64,000 nt of DNA from Raillietiella orientalis (lineage: Eukaryota): assembly GCA_036172245.1 (NCBI GenBank), contig JAYWIR010000001.1, positions 10,726,001 through 10,790,000 on the forward strand. Direction: 5' to 3'. Both the position numbers and the translations under genes were made by a program. Each line of letters opens with the position of its first letter. Position 1 is the stretch's first letter. Positions 48,744 through 64,000 of the stretch are shown here, piece by piece. The notes under the pieces were generated by a model. The model was not told the DNA's origin, did no database searches, and worked only from the letters and a program-made list of their open reading frames with translations.

Positions 48744-51081
48744 AGCAAAGCTCAAGGAGAGGAAGAGGGGGGAGTCCCGCCCTGCTCATCTCCGGGTATC
48801 TAACTCCTGCTCCATAGGGCCTGCGGTGATTCTGGGCACATAGAGGGTTGTCCGTACGGATGCGCTGCTTCCTGTCTGAATGGCAGCAGCAGCAAGAGGA
48901 GGGGAGGAGGAGAGGGACCCCGCACTGATCTAAATCGGGTAGGACTTCACGCCCAGAACCTACCAGCTTCTCTTGCCCTCTCCGGCCGTTTTCGGATTCA
49001 AGTCCGAGAGGCGTCTTTTTGAAACTCTCAAATTTCCTGCTCTTCGGGTCCGCTACCCTTCTCTTAGGCGCGATGCCCCGGCATTGGGCAGAGGAGTCGA
49101 ACCTGGAAACCAACCCATGCCCGCGCTTCTGGAGGAGCAGCGGAGTTACTCCAGCCTCCTGAGTCCTCCGGCAGGATGGGTGCGCTCTCGGACTGCGTAG
49201 TGGCAGGAAGAACGAGCAGGATCTGTGCGCGCTTCCTTGGGCAGAGGACGAGATTTTCCTACATGCCTCGCCTTCTCTTGGAAGGGTACCGCAAAGATGC
49301 AAGCTTTTCGTGAGCTCCAGCTTCCCGGAAATTGACCCCGCCACACTACCAGCAACAAACAGAGCGTTGCCAAGGCCTAGCTCGCGGAACGTGGCTCCTC
49401 GTCGGCAAGAGCGAACCCGTACTTGGAACCTGAAACTCATCTTCCTGCTGCGCGTCCGTCAACTCTCAGCTCCGATCCTCGAACCAAGAAATTTCACCTC
49501 TGTATACCTCGAGTTCACTCTGTAATCATTGTCACCTGGCGGTCGAAACCCTGACTGGCGTTCTGAAGATGCCCGAGCCGCTTGCTCCACTTACCGTAGA
49601 GTAGTAGTTCTAACCAGCTTCCGGCTGCGCCTATTTTCGTTGTCAGAAGGCTGACTTCGGGACAGCCTACGTCTGTCTCAACCGGTCAGCATGAGATAAC
49701 GGGAGGAACTCCTCCTCAGGTTAAGATAGCAGCGTTTTGATCGGGGAGGGTTGTTGGCTGCGTGCAGTCAACAGGGAGACTGCAGCCGCTTCCTTTGCTC
49801 TCTAGAACTCTCGTGACAAGTCTTTGGGGATGGCAGCATACGTGAAGTAGGATTCTCCTAATCCAGCTCTTCTGTGGTCCAGTCTGAAAAATCCTATCAG
49901 AAATATGAACGAGCTCAAGCTGTTTATAGGTGCTCTCTAGCTCTCTAGCTATGCCTACACTCCCCCTAACAGGGGTGTTATGCCTAGACTTCCGTTAGTA
50001 ATGGAATGAGATGGTCCAGAAAACTTGATCAGCTCTGCAGATCTCTCGTGAAAAGGGGCTTGTATTTTTAGTGAGACCTGATAAGAATCTCATTTTTTTG
50101 CTCTATTCTCCAGAATTTCCAAGTTGAACATCCTGCGTCAATATTTGCACAAGTCGGAGCTCAGGTCAGACTCGAGATTGGGGGAGCATGGGGAATTGTT
50201 TGCAAGCGATTTTTTTTTTCCTTTCTGAGAAAGTGCAAAAAGCAGCATTTGCGTGATGAAACAGAGTTTCTTCAGTAAGGAAAGAATTTTCTTGAAATTT
50301 TGCGTGATGGGAAACTACGAAGGAATAGGGTTGATTTCCAGTGAACTTCGAATTCTCTGGAGATTCAGAAATCATGTTGTGTTGTCTCAACTCTCTTTGG
50401 TTTGTGGAATGCTCTCCTCTTAAGCGAACGTATGCATCAAAAGATTATGTAAAAGCTTATTTAGTCACTGCTTCGAGGTATGCATCATGGAACATCACTA
50501 TATATTTATTGAGTGTTATATACTAATGTAATAACTGGCAGGTGGATCCTAGAAAAGAAGGGCTACCACAAGCGTTTTATATGAATACGGAACACTTTGA
50601 AATATCACACAGGTCGTTGAGTTCCTTATTTAGTGATTTCAGTTCACAAAAAAATGAATTGACTAAATAAGAAAAGATAGAAAGGATGTTTGGTTGGATT
50701 CTGTCTTGTGGTTTCCAGGAGCAGGATGAGGAGAGAGACAGGGGTATTGGGGTGCTCTTTCTGGGGTTGGATGGGTAAGGAAATGTGAGGGATTGCGGCG
50801 GATGGAAAAGAGTCGTCCAAAGATTCATCGTAGGAGGGCTAGGGAGAGAGATATGGAGAGATGGGCAGATGATGCAGATGTGTGTGGGAAAAGTCTCGAT
50901 AGTTCTCGGATATTCAATTTTTTCATAGTTAATGCAAAATTCCATTCTATTGAGTCGCTCACTATGTATCAGTATGTATTACGGTTCGCCTCGTTAAGTA
51001 CGGAATTTTCTGAATCGCTGTCCAGTTCAGAGGTCAGGTCTCTAGAAAACAAAGCGTTTTACAAATGCTCATACCCACATA

Positions 51082-51409
51082 CAGTGGTGGTGCCTCGGTA
51101 CTCGTCGGTAATTCGTTCCGGAACTCATGGCGAGTGCCGAACGACCCATGATTTAGGACCCATAATTAACGCTTAAAATGCCCAGAAAGCACACAAGAAG
51201 GAACGATTCAGGAGGCACTCTACGGAAGTGTTCGGCACTGTTCGCGAGCTACCATGAGACCATGAGACAGTGTTTACTTGTTTCATCATGAAGGTAGGGA
51301 GTCGAGTTCCGAGCGTGCGCCGAGTGCCGAAACATTTTTTTTCTCGCCAAAATGAGACGAGTTCTGAGTTGGACGAGTTCCAAAACCGGCGAGTATTAAG
51401 GTACCACTG
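51082..51409. mobile_element. MITE of the Tc1/mariner superfamily (pogo/Tigger-like termini)
   Basis: TA flanks both ends (51080-81 and 51410-11). Left end CAGTGG(TGG)TGCCTCGGTACTCGTCGGT versus right-end reverse complement CAGTGGTACCTTAATACTCGCCGGT. Length 328 bp, no transposase ORF. Confidence 0.8.
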
Positions 51410-53439
51410 TATAAGAATTTATTATATAACATGAATATCGTATTCAATCAGCATTATGAGGCTATTAGTACTTCATCTGATCCTGGCGTTCTTGCAAAAA
51501 GCACAATCATATCTCGACGAAAGAAGTCGAAACGCTGCAATGGGAATGCCACATGCATGCGACGCTTGCAACAGTTTGTTAAGGTCATCAAATGAGCAGC
51601 ACAAAATCATTTGAGCTTTCGGTCATGTCAACTTCCGCTCGGGGACGGACCCTCCCTTGAAAAAGTCGCAACCCGGGGCAGCGGACTAGCACCGGCGGCA
51701 GAGTAGGGGGCGGAAGGAACTTCGAAGCAGAGAATTCCAGCGAAGGACGCGCGTTCCAAAGGCGCGCAGCGTCCCTCGGCAAGATCCTCCGCATCCACCA
51801 ACGGGACCGATTTGCCATCCGGGAAAGGTGGCTGCTCGCCGATAGGTTTCGAAAGGAACCTCCCCTCTTTTGCGCGAGCATCCCGCCAAGCAAAACCCTC
51901 CGAAGGACCGACCTGCCTCTGCTCCGGGGGAATCACGAAAATCCGGCAGATCCATTCCGTGCGAAATGGATGGAGTGGAAGCGGAAGGAGCGAAACGGGA
52001 GCGGACCGGAAGCCACGACGCGCAACTTCCGCTCTTTCTTCCTACACCAAGGCAATTAACAGCGAAGGAAATTTAATAATGAAGAACTCGAGAACGGAAG
52101 CGCGCCTTCGCAGATTGCTCGAAGTGGACTTTAGCTGTCATCGGCCAATCAGGGGTACAGGGCGTCGAGAGCGTACGCAGCCTCGCGACTCGTAGGTCAG
52201 CGAGCAGATTTAGAGCGTTCGAACCCACGAGTGGGTTCCGGGCGGTCGAAGATTCCAGGAAATCCGACTTCTTGGAGCCCGGATCGGGAATGGAAGACGA
52301 CCGTTCCTGTTTTCCCCGATCTCGGAAATGGACACGCGGGTCGCCTTCCCGGAGGCAATCACGGGGAGAGGTCTGATCCCTCTTTCCAGCTCGTTGGTGA
52401 TCTCCCGAGACGGAGAATCCTACGGCCGGCTCCGCGCGCGCCGCTCTTGTCGAGACGCGTTGCTCCCGGGCGTCCCTCGGCCCCGGTGGTGGTGCGCACG
52501 TGAGGCGCGCGGCGGAGGGAGCCCCTGACGGGAATCACTGGCCGAGTCCCCCGCTCGAGGTGCCTAGTGGGATGTGGGTGCGCGCGCGCGACCCACATCC
52601 AGCAGGTCTCCTGAGGCGTGACCTCGTCGATGCACTGGGAGTCGCACTGTTGCTTGCAGCTGGAGACGCGGTTGAGACACGAACCTCCACCCAATCCACT
52701 GTTGCTTGCACTGGCGACGCGCAAGCAACAATGAGTTGGTTGGAGGGACGTCCGCTCGCTGTCCCTACAATCAACTTCTCGCTCGCTGCTGCAAAATACG
52801 CAGGACTCCACCGACTGAGGGCGCTGCGCGGCAAAGGTGGTAGAGGCGCGCGTGAGGAACGCCGGTCGCCGCAAAAGGAGGCTATGGAATTCGGCGCCGC
52901 CAAGAGCGGCCCCCCATTTTGGAAGCATCCAGACGGAAGGAAGGAGTAGGAGGTCAGGTGTCCGCGCTATGCGATTCCCATGGAGGGATCAAGTGCAAGT
53001 GCGACGGACTCTTTACGGGGGCTCCTGGTCAGCCTTTTCCGTGGACCCTCTGGCATCCATCCTCCTCTTCAAAGCGAGTTCCTTTCCGGAAATACGAGGA
53101 GCGCGGTGGGCGGTGTGCCACTTCGTTTAGGACGCCGCCGTCTCGCAGTGGCTTTCCGCCATGACCACTAGATGCTGCTAGTCGGCCATCGGGCGGGGAA
53201 GCTCGTCGTTCTGCGCAAAAGGCGCGAGGTGGAGGCAATCCTTACGCGTGTTGGGTGCGGCCTTCGTCCGTTCCGTCCTCCTCCTCCTCCTCCTTTCGTC
53301 GTCCCGTTGTAACCGGGTGGCATCTCCTCCTTCCGTTAACTCCTGGCGCCAATCCTGGCCAGGAAGGGACGACTCCCCGAGCTTCCACGCCGCGGCGACG
53401 GCGGTGCAGCAGGCGCCGGAAGCGGCGTGACTTGTGCGC

Positions 53440-54910
53440 GGCGCTCCCCCACACCTGTTTTTGTGTGTCATCCTTGCGCAGGGGCCATGCTAATCTTCTC
53501 TGTATGGTTCCAATTTCAGTATATGTACAGCCGAAGCGTGTACACAGCGTAGTCAGTGTTTTTGCTTGCCCTTCCCCTTATTCGGTGAAGATCCGACTGC
53601 AGCGCTTCCTAAGGAAAGCCTTGTGGGGTGCTGCAAGGTCCCGGATCCGACTGAAAGACCTGATGGCACCGCTCCCGGATCTTGTGGATGGTTAGACATC
53701 TTGACTATCCACAAGATCATGTTGCAAGTGCAGTTCTGACTCTTGCCCCTCTGTGGCAGGTTGCAGACTTGCCTCTGGTGTGCTCCGGCACGCCACATCC
53801 TCCGGCGATGTGCAGAAAGCGCAGGACTTCTCCCGCTGCTGCCGTGCAACCTACGCAGGAAGACTGAATTTGACTACTCCCTGAGGCATCTGTCCTCACT
53901 TCTGCTAGCTCATCCGTGGATCTCCTGCCGCCCCAAAAACTGGAACGGCCGGCGGCAAGAGAAGCTGGGGTCCCGGATTGCCACTTTGGAAGTGCGCCCA
54001 GAGGAACTGCGTCCGCTGAGGAAACTCTCATGCAAGCCACTGGGATATCTTTTGCAGGACTGGACGCAGTGGTCCAGGGTAGCCGTCAGCTCTGCCTGCC
54101 CTCCGGACAAACGATGACAGCAGCCAACCGACAGGGTGGGAGTTGTCCTGCAGCATGGCAGGGGACGAGGAATTCCTCCCGATGGTTGCAAGACGGTGAG
54201 ATGGACGACGCCACTCCTCGTTTTCGGGCGAAAAGACTCCGGCGGAGTGACCTGCTCGGTGTGCCCCCCTTCCCCCCGCACTCGCAGCCCCTCTGCGTGT
54301 GGACACCTCCGTGTTCCTGATCCATTGGAAACCGCAGGATGTTCTACTGCTTGTTCACTGGGAACTCCAGCGCAACCAGCGCAGGCTTCTGGTTTCCTGG
54401 GGAGAGTGGTGTCCCCGAACTGTTTGAGGTGAGGAGCGATAGGATCGTTCCCGCATCTCCTGTTGGACTGCGGTGCCCTGGAAAACATGTGGCGGAGGCT
54501 CCTTCGGGCGGTCCGTCGACCGCAGGAGGACTCGCTTCTTCACCGGAGGCGGGCTGAAGACAGATGCTGTGATCGCTAAGAACTGTTGCACCCGCGCCAT
54601 AGTGACAGCCCTCCATTTGTCGGAGTTTCTCGTTCGCAGTGAGAGGAGGCCACCAGCCTGGCAACCGCCTTCATGAGGATGGCTGCAAGGTGATCTCACT
54701 GCCAGAAGAGGTCGTCAGGGAGATCGCCATAGCTGCTTCTAGGAAGGAAGGAACAAATCATACCGCCCCTGTCATCACCCTCCCGTCTTTTTTCTATCTG
54801 TTTGTTGTTCCTCCCTTCCGCTTCTGACTCCTCTGGAAGCCGGCAATCCCCTGTTGTTGGCAGTGCCAGTGGTCATTCCCAACGAACTTCGTTTTTTTTT
54901 TGTTTTTTTA
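53440..54910 (+). mobile_element. Probable decayed LINE 3' portion (RT thumb / RNase H / zinc-knuckle remnants)
   Basis: RLQRFLRKALWG (about 53600), QW..(G)..A RNase-H-like remnant (about 54070), SPLC/ACG...LETA..C knuckle remnant (about 54290-54350), and a T-rich end at about 54890-54910. Motifs are fragmentary. Confidence 0.35.
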
Positions 54911-55768
54911 TCTTTTTCAAATCAAAATGCCGGCGTTAACCGGTGAAAAGCTCCACACCTGCTGCAAAGGAGATCCCTTCAGAGAACCTCCAGCGGCAAG
55001 GAAGAATCTGCAGCACCCGCCTCTCTCCTTCTTCCCCTAGAGGGAGGCTCCACGGCGACCAGAAGCCTATTTGAAGGTGTGAGTTTCTCCTCGGCAGGAA
55101 GTCTCTGCATTCCGAGCGAAGAAAAGGGGATGAGGACGGAGAAGAAGCGGAAAATGAGTGCTCCCGACCACGGCGCTGTCCTCCCGAAAGAGGTGAACTC
55201 GGTAGGTTCCTCGGTGTCGGTAACGTCACGCACCCTCCGGCCGCAAGGCCCGTCAGCCACTTCTCCTCCTCTTCCCCTGCCCGCTTTGGTCCCGCCACTG
55301 CCGGGCCCGCTCCCTGTCCCGCTCAGCTCCCTTCCTGAGTCCAACACCGGGAGAACGGGACAAAATAGAATTTTATTCCTATGGGCTTGCGGCTTCTAAG
55401 GGGAGGAGGAAAAAAAAGAAAACAAACAAGGAGAGGGGAGGGGCGAGAGAAACGGGGGGAAAAACATGGCTTCCCGGGTCCCGGACGATTCCGTTGGGTG
55501 CGTCTGTACAGGAGTGGGGTGGAATGGGAGAGAGGCAACGAACCTCTCCCCGTCCCGGCTTTCCCCTCCCCCTCTCGCTGTAGCTACGCGCAACTTGCAC
55601 CTCGGAAACCACCGTCCTCCTCGTCCCTCATCCGGAAGATCGCCCGGGAAGAACCTGGAAGACAGGGAGCGAGAACCACTAAGCAAGCCGTAGAGATGGG
55701 GAACGGAGGGGGAATGGGAATGGAGGGAAGGGATTACCCTTCTCTGGAGAAGGGAAAAGGTTCTCACC

Positions 55769-62498
<6,730 letters not shown>

Positions 62499-64000
62499 CT
62501 GCAGCGCGGGGGAGATAAACGTCAGAAAGCCGTGAGCGGCCTTCGCCCCCCTCGCTCTCCCTTCCCGGTTAGTGATGCTGCTCCCGGAATCCCCACCATC
62601 GGGACTTCCGCTCGCGTCCGTAGCCGGTGGGCGGGGGTGGATGGGTGAAATGAGGATGGGGGGTCGCTCTCCGGGAGAACCGCGCCGCCGCTGCTCCCGG
62701 CGGCGCCTTGCTGGTGCCGTTGTGACGCGAAGGGAGGGCCCCTTCTCCCTCCTCCCTCCGCTGTAGGATCCAGAGCGGAGGTGCGGCGGTGGTCGCCGTG
62801 CAGGCGCGCCCCGAGTCCACCTCGATCCAGTAGATACTACAAGCAGTGCCGGAGGAGGGGGGGGGGTAAGGATGGTGACGTCACAAGGGACCAGCAGCAG
62901 GGTGGAATGGGTGGGAAGGAGGGTCGCTTCCTGAACGAAGCCGGGAAGGAGGACACCCGCAGCACTGGTCGGCAAACGCTTTCGTCGCTCCACCCGTCAC
63001 TCGTCACTGCGTTCAGAGATATCGCGCGCGTCCCTCGTACTCTCCCGACATCTGGAAACTCTGCGACGAGCGCCGTCTACTCTCAACCGCCACAGGTGGG
63101 ACTAGTGGCTTCCTCGTCCTTCTTGGCGATTTCTTCTTCCTGACCGCTTGGCTGGGAAAGGAGGGGAAGGGGAGAGGAGGAATTGCGCGCGCTTTTTTTT
63201 TGTTTCATCCGAGGCGGACGGGGTGCATAACTGGCTCCCTGGACAGCTAGGGGTCCCTCCTCCACAGAGCGGGTCTTCGACCAACGCTCTCCCGTTTCCC
63301 AACAGCCTTCGGGGATCGGGTGCCGTTTCCCTGGAGACCTCGAAGGCATCGAGGCTGACCCAAAGGTCTCATCGAAGCTGAGGGTTCGACATCAAGAGGA
63401 GGCGCGCTCCGGACACCAGGAGCTTTCATGTGCTGAGCCCTACGACCGTATCCCAGCGACGGTCACGGGGCATACCTTATCGGTCGGCCTACCGCAGACC
63501 ACCTACCCGCTCTCAGATTCGGTTTCCAGGTCCGAGGAAGTCTCCGTCGCTATGGGAACGACAGCGATGCGGGGATCAGAAAGAATCTCGGAAAAGAGGA
63601 GACATGCCTCCAGGGCTCAAGAGAAAGAAGGTGACCAGTAGGGTAGGGGGTTACTAGAAACTAAACCACATCCTCCCACTTCCACTCTCTCCGCCAGGGT
63701 CGGCGCTTTCGAGGGAGAGGGAGGGAGAGAAGCGCTATCTGCGAGACGAATGACGAAGCTGAATCGCTGCCCACCAGTGCCTCCGCCTCTCAAGGAGAGG
63801 GCGCTGCTCTCGTTCACAGGTCACTCCGGCAGTCCCCTTTTCCTGTGTCCGGGAGGAGGAAAGGCTGGTTCCCTTCTTCGCACGAAAGGGGAGTGCGAGA
63901 TCCTCCGAGGGCGACTCTGATCGGTTTCCCAGACAACCAAGTTCCCCTTGAGAAAACGGGGGCGCACTTGAGTTTGGGGACGTGCCGAACTCTCCGCTTG

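Overview
Eukaryotic genomic DNA, most likely arthropod, with spliced genes and short introns. Four protein-coding genes could be reconstructed exon by exon: (1) the 5' part of eIF5B (minus strand, running off the left edge) in an AT-rich, CpG-poor block; (2) a complete GTP-dependent PEPCK gene (minus, 8 coding exons, 621 aa); (3) a three-Ig-domain, probably GPI-anchored DIP/lachesin-like adhesion gene (plus, signal exon not located); (4) synaptotagmin 1 (minus, N-terminal exon(s) not located). The GC-rich intergenic space holds a decayed L1/Tx1-type LINE ORF2, several older LINE fragments and a TA-flanked Tc1/mariner/pogo-type MITE. The most unusual element is a dispersed repeat present in three copies, all on the minus strand. 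Each copy has a tRNA-like Pol III head followed by a variable-length array of GGAG...CTCC-closed hairpin modules and a conserved terminal stem-loop. Most long ORFs in the supplied track are artefacts of high GC content. All alignments and folds were done by eye; no database searches were run.
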